Of a stretch of 64,000 bases of DNA, positions 27,863-41,500 are shown piece after piece (the stretch's first letter is position 1; the number at the start of each line of letters is the position of its first letter). The position numbers were made by a program, and so were the translations under genes. Source of the DNA: Raillietiella orientalis (taxonomy: Eukaryota); the NCBI GenBank assembly GCA_036172245.1, contig JAYWIR010000001.1:4836001-4900000 (forward strand). Direction: 5' to 3'. The notes beneath the pieces are model-generated. The model worked only from the letters and a program-made list of their open reading frames with translations, searched no databases and had not been told where the DNA came from.

Positions 27863-30800
27863 CTCAGACATGGTGGACGATCCTAAAGAGTCGGCCACAG
27901 CTAGCTTACTAACTCTTTTAGCTACTTTGTTTTTATTCGCCACCTTGCTTGGACTTTGGCCACAGCCATGCTTTCCTGAATCTGATTACCACGTCCTCGA
28001 GCTGATTATCTGTTTCCTCCTTTCATCTTGGAGCATTTTGCGATGATTCAGTTGTTCTTGCAGCACTCGGTAGAGGGATTCAGGACACATTTCAAAAATC
28101 GTGGTGCCCGTACCCAGCATCCCGTACTCAGCATTTCTGCCTTGATGAGTGGGAAGCCGTGCTGAAAGCATTGCTGCTTGAGTGCAGCTCGCAACTTGGG
28201 ATGCCAATCACGCCAGCGTGCAGGATGCAGACATCCATGAACCTATGAAGATCGAGGAGGTTTCCTCTCTCTCTTAGTGCTGCATTTCGACAGCTACCAG
28301 CCAGGTTACCAGCCACTCGCAAGCCTACCTGGCTTCCTCTCGTGTGTGCAAACACTTCGGTGTCCCCCTCTGCTTTGGAAACAGAGCTGCTGCTGCTTCT
28401 GCTTGTTTGGCGCTGGGGATTCCGGTGCAATCAGTGCCGGAGGAGGGGGGAGGGGGATGCATCCTCGAACTGTACCAGGCCGCGGAAGCGATCGAATCGT
28501 CTCCTCCCCCCACCAGGTGGACAGCTCCAAGGAGTTTGCTGCGGGGACTCTTCGGATTCCCGACAGGAGATCCCACCTCGTTATTCCTTCATCGCCTCCT
28601 CCCACCCGTTCCGGACTTTCCGAGTGTCCGGCCTGCGTGTCCGCGCTCCCTCCCCTCGAACTTCTTTTTGTTTCCCCTCTGGGAGCGCCGTTCCCAGCTG
28701 GCCTGTTCTCTGGAATAGATGGGCCGACGTGACCGAGTGATAAATTCCACCCTCAATGTCTTTAGACGTGCTAAGGGCATCATTTTGTTTGTTTGTTTGT
28801 TTGGCCCATCGTAGAGAATGGATGTTGCTGTTCATGGAGATTTTATCCAACTCTTCGGTCTCGCGGGATGAACAAAAGATCTCTACGTTCGTTTCTAACT
28901 CGAGGAGCTTCCCGTTTCGGAAATTCGAACTCAGGCTGCTCCCGTTTGCTTCCGGGAGAAATACGCGGCCGATCAGCGCGTGCTGAGCACTCGCATGGCT
29001 CGCAGCGCCGCCACAAGACGAATCCGCGTGACCGTCGCAACTCTGAGGTGGAGAACACTTCCTGGTAAGTTCGGGGAAGCCGTTCCCACGCTGACCCACG
29101 CGGACGCTCGTGGCAAGTGCAGCCTGCTCCAGACTCTGGGAAGGGGATGCCCGTATTGCCGACCGTCCTGCTCCCAAGCATGCTCCGTGAAGAAACTGAA
29201 ACCAACAACCACGTGCAACTACCCTTCCGAAATTTCAGTCTCCGAGCAACTCCATCCTTGGTTTCTCATAGTAACGTTCTGTCTTCTTGCTATGGAAGCG
29301 AATGTTTAAAATACAAAGAATTTTTTTTTTTAACTCGCTGAAGACTCCTCACGTGGTCGAAATTTGCTTAGTTTTCACTCTTGCACCCAATTGCAAATTC
29401 TTGTTTTCCATTAAGTTCCGACGGGCTCCCCGCATATCAGAGAGGTGGGGCAGACTGAGCAGCGTGGCGATGAGCTTTAAGCTCAAGGCGTTGGGTGAAC
29501 AGGCAAAACCCACGTTCAGGATGCTTTCGGTGGCGGTCAGTCTTGAGAAAAGCGCTGACGTTCACCACCGACTGGAGCTCACACAGGCTGGTCGAGACTT
29601 CGGTTTCTTCTTACCCGTGGCACCTGATGAGGTGAAGATGCACTGACAAGTTCCTCCTTCCTATGTGTTCGTACACACGGATCGCCTTGCTAATAGGATC
29701 ACGTGTCCAAAGGGTTCTCCGATATGCCCAGGAATACCAAGGACAGAAATGGAATTTCTTGCATGAGAGTTTTATTTTTTAAAAGTTTTCTCATTCTCTA
29801 CGAATGCCTTCTACTTTGGAAATAGAAACCACATCCATTTCGTTGGAAGACAGTTTCCCCTTTACTATAAACCTACAATTATACCATCATCCTGCCAGGT
29901 ACCGACTTGTACAAGAACCTCTTCTAGTGACTTCGGATGAAAGTTCCTCCTTTAACGTATTACCGACGAGGCGCCATTTTTTCCTCAGGATGAGTCGAAA
30001 TATCAATTACTAGGACGAGTCCGCTTTCTCAAAGCTCACGTTCGAGGAAAGTTTAGAATACTCTTCCTTCTATTTTGCAAGGAGCTCGGCGTTATTCCAT
30101 ATCTCCTCGGTTCCCGGTTCGCCTTCCTTCTTTTCCAAAAGAAAAAAAAAAAAAAAAGGAAGGAAAGAGCTCTCCAGTTAAAATTCTTCATGAAACACGC
30201 TTTCTTTTTCCTTCCTGGCGTTTTATAGCATCCTCATAAAACGTAGAGTAGCATTCTTCTATAGAGCAGAAATTTTTGTGACTTGGAGATATGGCATCAT
30301 AAGGAAAAATGCATGTGCCTGGCTCAAAATTGATGACAATCGTAAAACAAAGATCTGCTGCTTTAACTTCTTTCCACGCATGTTCCAGTTGGGTAGTCGC
30401 TTTATGTCCTTCCGGGATCGATTGAACTCACGTGGAATAGGATTTCAGGTTTTCGGTGCTTTTAGGTGCTGTCGCCAGGGAGGCTTCGGAAATTCAAACC
30501 ACAAACCGAGTGGAAACATCCCGCCGCCAGTGGCTGGCTCTTTCGGCACGGAAATGAGTGCTCGCGGCCTTCTGGTCACGGAAAAAATTTCCTGACGGTC
30601 GCCAAGTCTCCCCCCGTGGATGTTTTCCTGCCTGCACTTAGTTTCGGATTTCAGGGAAACGTACTACTTTCGCAGCTCCTTCCTCCTACCGGCAACTCTC
30701 CAGTAACTGGAGCCTTCATCCTGTTGCTCCTCGCGACATGACCACGAAGTTTCGTTTCTCGCCCGCGTGTCCTGCGCGAAACTGCGCGCACCTCGTGCAA

Positions 30801-33800
30801 CTGCCTGATCGGATTTTATCGCCCCGGGAGGCAGTTGGTTGCCCCGGAGAGCGCCCAGCGAGTGACAAGGAAGAAGATTTCGGCCCGCCGTGTGCCGGTA
30901 AAGTTCTGGGAGACTTCGGTGCCCTCTTGGCAAGGCGGAAGTTCCCCATATTTGTGGAAATGCACCATCTTGGAAGGGCGTCGGAAACCAAATGCGCAGT
31001 TGCGAAAGTTATTACATACATCTGGCCGCGTCAGTGCTTTAGGAGAGGTGCGCTTGGGCTCTGCAGAAAATGTGTTCTGGTTTCAAAAACTCCAAAATAA
31101 GTGGTAGTTCTTCAGAGGGGGGAGGGGAGCGTTTTCCCGGAGGACGAGCATTCTGCAGCCTTGCAACCAAAAATAAAGACGGAGATAGGAACCATCTCTT
31201 CGGTTTCCGAGCCGAACACTTCCTGCGGTGGAAAGGATGCGCGAAAGTTGCACGTCCCCATGCCGCCATGAGGGAATGCCGCCTTCGATCGTTTCCCAGG
31301 GTGCGCAGCAACTCCCCGTGGCTCCGCCACGGAGATCTCCCTTCGCTCTGGAGTCGTTGGCAGGACTGTCGCTGCTCCCGCGTTGCGCTGGCGCGTACCG
31401 TGCGCACGTAGCAACCGAGCGACTGCTTTAAAAATGCGTGCGACGGGGAAAGGACGCGGGCTTCGAGAGGGGGAGCTCTGTTCCCTCTGGAGAAAAAAAA
31501 AAAAAAAAAAGGAAAAAAAAAAGTTCTGGAGTCTCGGGTCACCACCTCGTAATAAGCAGCGTGCCACCCTTCACAGGGCTTTTGCAACTGCTCATCTTCA
31601 CCGAAAGCTCGTCCGGTGAACGCTCGCGTGCACCTCGGAAGTGGCGTTTTCGGGACGCTCCGTCTCCCGTGAATTTTATTGATTCCTTTCGATGAGGAGG
31701 TGCCAAGCTGCTGTAGGGCCACGTTGATTCAGCGCTTGGGCGAGTCCGTTTGAAACAAAATGGAGCCGCGCTTGGCGCTGATCCAAACTCGAATTTTGGC
31801 CGGCGTACGACGAGAAACAACAAGGCACCACCCATTTACAGGCTTGCCAACTCACTTATCCAACCTTTCATCGAAAAATTTGGAAGTATTTAAGTTTTCG
31901 TTTTCTTTTCTTCTTTTTTTTTCTTCCGGGAGGGGAGGAAGGGGGGGAGGGTAATTCACTGGAAATTCTTGTTTATCTTAACCGAAACTTCAAAAGAAGC
32001 ATCGGAGGAGAGAACGCACTGCTCTGCACCTAATTCCAAGTCACTTCATTTTCGTTTTATGCTATTTTGACATCTGAGGGCATCGAATTCATGCGATGTT
32101 TGCTTCTAATACCACACCAGCCGTACAATAATAATGGAAAAGCTTCAAAGAAAACAGTGGACTCAAGTTCACCTAAATTATCTTGATTTATTATCTTCCT
32201 TCATCTTTCGCCTTCACGTGTGGAATCTCTTTCTCGATAAGTGCGTAAAATTGGTATTTTATTTTATTTTATTTTTTCCAAAGAAACCAAACCCTTCTTC
32301 ATTTTAGGCTAATGGACCACTCCTCACGTGAAGTTTGTCCACGTATTAGAACTCCGCGATTTCAAACCGTTCGATTCCTTGGATCGAGCAAAGATATGCT
32401 CTCATCCGTCGAGATAAACGCCCGTTCGCTCGAAAAAGAAGTGCTCGCAGCCACCGCCAGCTCGGATAAGCAGCAGGAAACACTTTCCCAAAGATTGAGG
32501 GAGATCGGGATGGGGAAGTTTCCGGCAGAAAAGGCAGGCCGGTGTTCTCGGGGTGTTTTCTCGAAATTTGGTTGTTCCCTAAGCGCGCTCCTCCATCATT
32601 TCCAAAAGTCATCCCGTGCCTGCCGCAACTTGCGTCCCGGCGGCCGCTGCTCCATTCGTGGGAACGTCCGTTTCGAAAGGCCTCGCTTGCCACTGCCCAG
32701 AGCAAGGATGCTTTGCACGGAAGCGGAATGCTCCGAAGCATCTTATTTTTTTTTTTTCCTTTCCTCTTTTGCGTCCACAAGAGGACACGTCGTCGTGTAA
32801 ATGCCGCTCCGAGTTCCCAGCATGCCGTGAAGAACCGCACATCTCGCTGCTTTCCCCAAGCGATGATTCAAACCAAGCGTGCAAGAGTTCAGGTCCGATT
32901 AAAGGATGCAGAGATGCACGGTCATTTGCTCAACATGTCGCCATCACACTCGCGCAATTCGAGAAACCTTCTCTTCCGAAGTGCCACGCAAACGAATCAC
33001 TTCAATCCAACTCGAAACGGTTTTGTCAACATAACATTTCTCAGACGAAGCACAGAGCGCCGGGGACAGGAAGGTTATAAAATGCAGTGATGCCCTGTAC
33101 TTGGTGTGTGTTCGCGTACTTGTACAGAGTTGGATAAGAGAGAAGATTGAACCTCTTCCAGGGGGGATCGTGATGTGCAAGCCACTTCCGAAAGGAGGAA
33201 GGCTAATTTGAGCACATCAAAATTTCCGTGAACAAGGGCAAAGAGCCACTTGCTAATGCAAGCAAGTTGTAGTAAATTGAGGACCGAGGAAACTCTCCAC
33301 GTGGAGAGGGTCTGATGGACAGCTAGAAGCCACAAGTAAAGGAAGACGCAGCAGGGCTTACATCTGCTGTTGGCCAGTGGGATGATAAAATGCAAAACGA
33401 TAAGATGCAGATGGAAGAGAACGGACGAAAGAGTGCGGGAACAGTTTGACCTGCAAGTTCCAGCAGCTGACACGAGCACAGGAAGAATCCGCAAACTTGG
33501 TGTTCCACACATGCAGGTTCAACGCCGGAATTTCTTTTTTTTTTGGAAAAACAGCACATTCTAAATAGCCAAGCATTGCATTTTTTTTTTTTTTTTTTCG
33601 GGGGGGTGGGGGGGATGTTCTTGTCGCATAGTCCCAGTAATTTTTTCCATTGCATTTATGAAATTGTGAAGACAGGTTGAGAAAGCCCTTCAGAGCAGAT
33701 ACAGAGTATTCTATTCGAACTATTAGATTACTTGAGTGGAGCTTTCCGCAAACTTCAAAGAAGTGCTGATTAGATATAATCGATGATATCTGGAACTTGT

Positions 33801-36800
33801 GACACTGATACAGGAAAATCAAATGCCTCGGTAATGACAGAACATCAGTCTGCTATTAGCCTGCATTCAACCATGCTGAAGACGTGGCAAAGAATCAATG
33901 GTTGCTCTTCATTTATCTATCGTCTATTTTTTTTTTTTTTTTTATGGCTAGTTTCGTCCAGTTCTAAAAAAGACGGTTCCGTTACTCCGAGAGCATTGCA
34001 TTTCCTCGAGAAGCATGCAGTTTGTTTTTCCGAAGGGAATTTTTAATTGACACCTACTGAGCTGTTCATCTGCAGCGCTGTTTACTGCTCCAGACTGGCA
34101 GGAGCGTTGCAAGGAGATGCTTGCTAAATGCTTCCCTCCCGGATGTGCACTGAAAAATCTCCAGGAGCGTCCGGATGTAAAGACAAGCGTCCCTGGGCAC
34201 TGCTTCTTCCTGGTGTGGCTGAGAACATTCATTTCGAGAGGGTCGCCATAGTTTTCAAATGATATGCAGACTTGCTGTTAATCCTCAGACAGACCAAACA
34301 GCCAGGCTGGGTGTGACGGAGGAAAAAAAAAAAATTGTCCCGAGACTTCAAGCTATCTTGCAGCGGACTGTTATTCGAACCACTTGAAAGCACGCAACAC
34401 TAGCAATGTTTTTTTTTTTTTTTTAGGCGAAAGGTGAGTCATTCTGGCATCGCCCGTGCCAACCATTTATTTTTCGAAAATCTGATAGTGCCTTATCGCG
34501 GAATACAATTCTGATATCGCAGTGGGCTTTCTCAGGAGCGAAACTATAGTTCCTCTAAGGGCGAAGACTCACGGAGAACCGCAGTGCCAAATTGCTCGAG
34601 ACTGACGGTGAGGGGCGAATCAGTGAGAGTCCACGGAGTGGAGCCACCATAAATACGTCGCTCGTTTTCATTTGGATTCCGCATCAATTAAAGAAAGCTT
34701 GGAAATTCGATCGAACGAGTTTCCGGTATGTTCCGAGCATGCTGCCGCCAACTGGTAAATCCTTCTGGTTAGAGCAACACCCCGAAGGATCGCCATCTCA
34801 AGAAGTTCCGCGTCACCTTCCTCCACACCCGTCAACCATCATGCGTGATCTTCCCTGGAAGTCGGATCCAGAGCGCGCCTTCCCGATCGTAGATGAAGTC
34901 CTCCCGTCGTGCATGTGTGTGGAATTTCGCTGTCCTCCTTTTGCAATGTCTTGGCAATAAAATTCATCTTTTCATCGCATCTGCTCAGTGTGAATAAACA
35001 CGGCGAATAGTAGGACCTACATAATTTGTTCTGGTTGAGCACGTTAAAAACTGCCTGCCCTCGAATGCGCCTTTCGTGCATGCTCCTACTCAGCTACAGA
35101 ATATGAGTATTCATGCCTGCTGTCTGTGTCTGTGGCATTATAAATGAAAAAGTGAAAACGAGCTTTGGAATCTATAATCACGAACGCTGTTTTAATTCCG
35201 GGTGAACGCAGATGTGCTTAGTTGAATCACTGTGAATTAATGAAGTGCATTTATCGTGCATAATATTTACTCGTGACTATGTTTCAAAAATGAATCAGGA
35301 AAATTTATCCGTTCAGCTTCGCACATGTGAAGTGAATGACATAAGATAAAATCCAAATTTACCTCTTTGACCTGACCTCTGCTTGCTCCAATTCACTGCC
35401 ATTCATTTCTCTAGATTTCGGCATTCGATTCCACCATTATGTATTATATATGAGCATCGGATGTCACGGACTTCACCTTCATCTCCTGTTGATCACGACC
35501 AAAGGATGAAGACACGCTGTTCCTATGATATGATCAGCAATCCTCAGACGGTTTCTTTCTCCCTGTCCAGAAAAGTTGCATAGCTGCTTAACATCAATTT
35601 ATTTTCTTCCATCATCATGGTAGACTAACGTACTGATTACTGGCCATTATTCAAATGACACCTCACTCTGCTGTAGCAACCAAATCACAGATGTTTTTAC
35701 ATGCGACCAAAAATTTATTCCAGAGTTGAGATTATAACTGAAACCTTGGTGCTCAAGGGAAAAGTGCGTCAGGAATCTCCATCTGTGGACTGTTCCTAAC
35801 AGCCAAATTCGTCAGGAGCTCAATCACGAAGGGCTCTTTCCACACGTATTTTCATCCAAAATTCTTTTTGGCAGCACTCGTGCAAGCGGCAAAAAAACAA
35901 AACAAAAAAAATGAAAGGAGCCTGCCAGTCCGGGAATGGGATCCCCACTACGTTCACTCACATTCTGCTGCCTCCCTGTTGGCCAGCCGTGCATCATAGG
36001 GAGTGGGTTCAAATCACGCTCGCTCTAATTTGTCAAAGGCTGCTGCAAGTAGGCGAACACTGGACTGTAAGGAATTTTAAAAAAAGTTGCTGCCAAAATA
36101 AGAATGAAGCTTCTGCGCTCATCGTGATGTAATATCTTTAGGGATCTTAAGGTAAACCTGGAGGACCAAGGTATGGTAGAAGCATGCTGGAATGCAAGCA
36201 TAGGGGTGTTTCACGAAAGGCGAACAATCAATGCAAGGATATACACTGTAGTGGCGTATATTCATTGTAATACTGTGTACTAAGTTCAAGGGGCATTCGA
36301 TTCCCGTTTGATTGAAATTCTTCCAGGGAACGGAAGATTGCATCCTTTCGCTTTCGTAGCTGGCAGGGACGCTTGATGCAGTCCATGACACTCCATCTGG
36401 CAGGACCGAAGTGACTAATTTGATACCTGATATCGCTGCAAGGTGCTTTCGTAATACGTCTTTTCTGGACTCCTTTCTAAGCCCACCACACTGCTGGGAA
36501 CGTCCTACTGGCTCTCCTGCACTTCTGCTGCTGAGAGAGAAATTTTTCAAGACGGCATCAGTTCATTTTGTTTTTTTTGGGGGGAAACCTGCTCCTTCTC
36601 CTAAGAAGTGATGTCAACAAGGTATTCGTCGAGGAAGCAATCATGCTGGAAATGCCAGATGCTTTCTCTGTTCATCGAGCTCAAGTGGATGGGACGCGGG
36701 AAAAGAATTTTCCTGCGCGCGGACACCCCTCGTAACAGATGAACCACTCAGTTAAATTACTGTGCAAGGATTTCACATGTAAGCTTCGTCATTTGGGAGA

Positions 36801-37409
36801 CCTGCGGAAGCGTCCTCAAGGAAACTACTCAATAAGTGTTTATCCCCTTGAGCAGCAAGTATTTTTAAGATCACTGCTCCCTTTTTTTCTTTTTTCGGGG
36901 GTAAACTGGATGCAGGATTCAGCTAGCAGTAGACGTAAATACCCCGTTTAAGATGAGGCATTTTTCAACTGTGATCTACTTGAAAAGGGCTCCTTAAAAC
37001 CAGGCAGAAATCACGCACTTTTTTTTTGGGGTGGGGGGGGGATACATTTCCACGGATTGGGATCCATTGCTAGAGCTGATGGTGCGATTTGCAGTGTTCC
37101 ATAAGAGTCTTCCTCATTGCACTAAATGTCTTGCAGAGCGCTTGTATACTCGCGTCTCTTTTTCCAGAACAAAACAGGGCCTGTCGCGAATCGTTCGCCT
37201 GCCCACAGGGAAGGTTCCGAAAGTTTGTAGACAGGAGAAGTAGGGAACCCAAGCAGTGAAGCAAACTCCAGAGAACCATTCGAGCAAAATACCTCTTGCG
37301 AGCAGCAGAGTTCCTTTCGGAACTCACCAGAAAGAGTGGCACCACAGTGGCTGAAATCGGTGCACTGAATGGGGGGGGGGGCATCGTGCATGTTTCTAAG
37401 CAACACTCC

Positions 37410-37946
37410 GAAAGGAGAATTGCCCCTCCAGAGGAGCTGGTTGATACCTCCATAGTACGAGATAAGGATCCCTGATCAGGAAAGGGGGGGAAGGCTCCGT
37501 CTTCATAACCGGAGGGCTTGAATCCGGAAGGAAACCGACTCCTTGATTCCAGGAAGAATCCTGGAAGGTCAACTTCCAATCCCGGCCAGTCAACAGGGAA
37601 TCGATCCTTCCCTGGATGGGATCCGAACCCGAGACGCCTGGTGCCACGCGTGGGAACCGCAGTCACACAAGAAGCTGGATGATACCCTGCATCCCCTGTT
37701 AGGGGATGGAGGGTTCGCCTCTCTGAGTACTCCCTTAGGGGAGCTCGTTTAGAGAAATCGAGAAGCGTCCCTTCGGGGCTCTCTTCAAAAGGTGGCAAGG
37801 AGAGGATCCTTTCTGGAGGGTCCCTCCGGAAAGGATAAGGAAGAGGCTCACTTGGGAGTTCCCTTTGTTTTCTTCGGGGTTCTCCTAGGAAGCGTAAGAG
37901 GAACGCAATTCTCCCTCTGCAACCTCCCTGGATTCATAGGGTGGTT
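37410..37946 (+). mobile_element. SINE family A, 3' half, interrupted by an antisense SINE A copy
   Basis: 37410-37448 and 37671-37946 match consecutive parts of the family body and tail (gagctggNtgatacc...gcgtaagaggaac...ctggattcatagggtgg; compare 10890-11200). Confidence 0.8.
37449..37670 (-). mobile_element. Short, internally deleted SINE A copy nested antisense in another SINE A
   Basis: Head at 37615-37668 (gggatccgaacccgagacgcctggtgccac) and body at 37480-37612 (ggaaggtcaacttccaatcccggccagtcaa) are on the minus strand. Flanked by a 16-bp direct repeat, 37433-37448 and 37671-37686 (14/16). Confidence 0.8.
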
Positions 37947-37949
37947 TCT

Positions 37950-38075
37950 ACGGGTTTGTTCTCGGACTTGACGAGTGACACGCACTCTCGGATGATGTGA
38001 GCAACATTGAAGACCTTTGTGAGCCCCCTAAGGAACGCAAACAGTTCTTCAGCATTGAGCAGCCTTCCCTCCCTC
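37950..38075 (-). mobile_element. Possible distant relative of the family B ORF terminus
   Basis: FLRGLTKVFNVAHIIRECVSLV resembles FLKTASRWPHLGAIRTELAIIL of the adjacent family B copy; weak. Confidence 0.2.
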
Positions 38076-38166
38076 CAAAAAAAAGAAAAAACGAAAAGTA
38101 AAAAAAGATAGAAGGAAAGCAGGGGAAAACAAAAGAAGCCAAAAGGATTTCCACGATTCCAGACCA

Positions 38167-38571
38167 ACTGCTGTGTTCGTGGGATCACGATGGCCTGGAA
38201 GGCCAGAAGAAGAGGCCGAGATGGTAGGGACGCCATCCACTGGGGGCGGAACTTCCTGAAGACCGCCTCGAGATGGCCCCACCTGGGTGCTATACGGACG
38301 GAACTTGCCATCATCCTGAGCAGGATGCAGAAGACGCTTGGCAGCGTACCGTGACCCCCTCCTTGTGTACAAATTTCCCCTCACCGTGTTTTGCTTTCTT
38401 ATTTTTTTGTTTTTGCTTTCTCCTTCCCCGCGCTGCCAAAGCGAACCTCGTCGGCCTGCGTGCCGCTCTTCGGCAAATTCATCGCACGTGGTAGAAGCAA
38501 GGGTTCGACCACACCAATGTATTTTTATGGCTCTGTGTAATAAATGCCCCGGCATGGACGGGTGAGAATCT
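38167..38571 (+). mobile_element. Non-LTR retrotransposon 3' end (family B): ORF C-terminus plus 3' UTR
   Basis: Homologous over ~400 bp to 53996-54401. Open frame CCVRGITMAWKARR...TASRWPHL...ILSRMQK...stop, then T-rich UTR, stem-loop and AATAAA. Flanking ttccagacca (38157-38166) and ttctagacca (38572-38581) form a probable TSD. Confidence 0.75.
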
Positions 38572-41500
38572 TTCTAGACCACCAGTAGCAGTTGTATATA
38601 TACATAGACAGTTACAAGTATGTATACATATTTTTTTTTTTTTTTTAGTAGCCTTTTCCTCTTTGCCAGAGGCCAATCACACTGGACCCTGAGTGGTGGG
38701 ACGCAAAAGCTCTCAGAAAAGCCACAGGAGGGACGCAGTGATCGATGGGAAGAACGGCAGGCTGTTTGAAAAGAAAGAAGTTACCAGTTAAGGAGACCGA
38801 CTCGTCGAGGATTGGGTCATGCCCGGTGAGAATTGGTGCCGTGAGACGGCGACGCTCAAAAGTGGAGAAGAAATCGGGAGATCAGCGCGGGGATGGAAGC
38901 GGAAACAGCGTTTCGGCGGTAGCAGGCAGCTGGAACTCAAACGGAAACAAAAGTTCTGAGGCTGAGCACCGTGAAGCGAATCTTCCGAGGGATGCTTGTG
39001 GGGGATCGACGCAGCTCCCTGCAGAACTTTTGAGCTTACTGGGAAATCTGCGTCGACTCTCTTCGCTGATTCTGTTACACGGGAAAAAAACAAAGCAAAG
39101 CATCCCACTCGAACTTCACTTACGACCACGCGCCAAGATGATACCTTAAGATCAAGCAGTGAGATGAAGCATCCGCTACCCATGTGGATGCTTCTGTTTT
39201 TTTGATCCTCGATAAAGAAGGAAGCATCGCGAGCCGCCTCGGCTCTCGAAGAAGAGATAAATCGGCTCTTCATCTCATGGCCCGAGCGTTTCGTTTACTA
39301 CCACGCAAGCACGAGAGCGGACATCCGCGCAAAGCTCGCAGCGTGCGGTTTAGGAAACCAGTGGCAACGTTAGCCAGCATGGATGCAAAAGCAGATCCCA
39401 AATCAATACGAGTGGCAACTAAAAAATCTGCATCTCTCGGGGTAACCTGAGTACAACCGGATTTGGCGGATCGGGAGAATGCAGAGGACCAGCGTGGAGC
39501 GGCGCGGGGAAAATCTCTCGAGTTGGGTCTTCCTGGTGCACGGTGGCTTCCTGTGATCGTGGCTTTCGGACACACAGCACAACCTGACCTTAGTCTGGAG
39601 TAGATCAGTTTGAAGCAGGTTCTGGGTTGGGTTTATTGTGCCGGCGATAGGAAGGCACAACTCCTGGACGTTGCGATTCAGTAAAGCCAGAAAGAAGAAG
39701 GGTCAACTAAAGCTACTCGTCCTAAATCTCAAGAGACGACTGCATCCTATGCACACGAGATGAGGAGAATCGAAGCAGCCTTAGATGGGACTCTCTGAAG
39801 TTCTTCCAACAGAGAGATCACAGATGAGAGGCGTTTTTTTTTCCCTTCTCAGAAAAAGAATGAATGATAGTGGTCACATGCACAATTTGCCCCTTGTTTC
39901 TCCTCCAATGCTCGTCTGGAGATGTGTTTTATTGATTATCAATTACTGTGGAACGGAGCACGCGTGCAAAAATGTCCGCAAACCTCTAGTGCAAAAATCG
40001 CAGACGACTTCAGAGTGTCTACAAGGATGGAATCATTCAAATGAAGAAGTTTTGAATAAGGTTTCAAGTGACACCAGGTTTTCCTGATTTCTCTTCTGTG
40101 CCCAATGACGTGTGTTGAAAAGATCCCTCTTCGCAAGGCACCGATTCTCAAGAGAAATGAAATACGTGGTGTTCGTGTCCGGTTATCTTTTCTCCAAGGA
40201 CTGCTGCAACTGAAAACTGGCATGGCCTACGTATTCGCAATTTAAAGGTGGACAGAACCCAACTTGTTTGAGGGCCGAGAGCTCGACCTTGTCTGAAGCA
40301 AGGACTGTTTCATCATCAGGCTGTCATAACTGGAAAATGGGGATAAACGGAACCTCGAAGGATTACTAGGATCCACGAACTCAAGTTGAGGGTTTGTGTA
40401 AACAAGGAGCATTATGGTCCGGGGTATCCACTGATTTCTTTCTCTTGCGGACTCTTCCTGGAAGGCAAAGCTGCATGTAGTGTTGACATATTGCACCCGA
40501 GAGCATTGAGTCTCCTTCAATGAACCTGGAGATCCATGGATCCTCGGCAAGATGCTTTGCTTTGATTGTTCTGTGAGAGAAGATCAAGAGGGATTCAACT
40601 ACTGGTACCAAGAGCTCATTTTCATTATTAGAACGGGATTCATTAGGTAGTAATGTAGCTAAGTGAAAAGGTAACCAAGTCCATCAAATTGAATTTTGGA
40701 AATCCGAATAGATCAAAAAAAAAAAAAAAAATGGACAGAAGAAACGACAAAAGACATGGATTCTAAGAAACGATTGGAATGACTTTAAGAACTGATCGTA
40801 TCGATTCTATGAAGTGATGTGGCGATGTAAACTATCCTTTGGTAATGGCAACAGTGATGGTGCTTTCCTAGAGACAGCAGTTATTTTTCTGTTTGTTGCC
40901 AAGGAAATCCTCTCATCTCTCCTTTCAGCGTCCATCCATGGCGCCTGCACAACCGCCCGCCCATTTTCTCTTAAATTAGGTGAGACATTTTAGTTTCCTT
41001 ATGAAGGAATTTTCTGATGAATTTCTTGAGAGAGCATTCATATTCACGAGTTTCTCCGCTCTGACATCCAAATGCGAAAAAGGCTCGAGAGAACAAAACT
41101 TCTCATTGAGATGCGACCACGCAATCCGAATTTACATAAGTTTTCGTGAGGATGAAAATGAAGGCTGCTGTGGCAAGCTATGCAAAAATTAAGTAATGTC
41201 ACACACTTTTGCATCAGATGCCGGTGATATCCTTGAGAAAACATTGCTTTAAGGTCCACGATGACAAACCACCTCTTTCAAGTGATAAAATTCCCATGGC
41301 TCATAACAAGTTTTAAGACGAAACTGAATTTAAATGGCGTCTTTCCAGAAAGAACTGAAGATACTCTTAGGAAGATGCCCAGTCCACTAATGTGGTGCAG
41401 AAATGCATTCTGGGAAACTTGACTCCTTGATTCAGGAGTTCCGTTCTCAGAAGATGAAGGTGCAAAGTACCATTTGCACTCTTGAAATGTTTTCGAGGGC

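Noticed and set aside
27199..27912. 237-aa ORF (likewise 10365-10991 and 37070-37798)
   Set aside because: It lies largely within SINE A copies, and the frame is not preserved between copies.
37480..37946. Twin-priming 5' inversion of a single SINE
   Set aside because: Plus-strand SINE sequence upstream (37410-37448) and a 16-bp flanking duplication fit a nested insertion better.
40425..40490. FAFQEESARERNQWI as a PH-domain C-terminal helix
   Set aside because: An isolated short match with no upstream PH strands or convincing exon boundaries.
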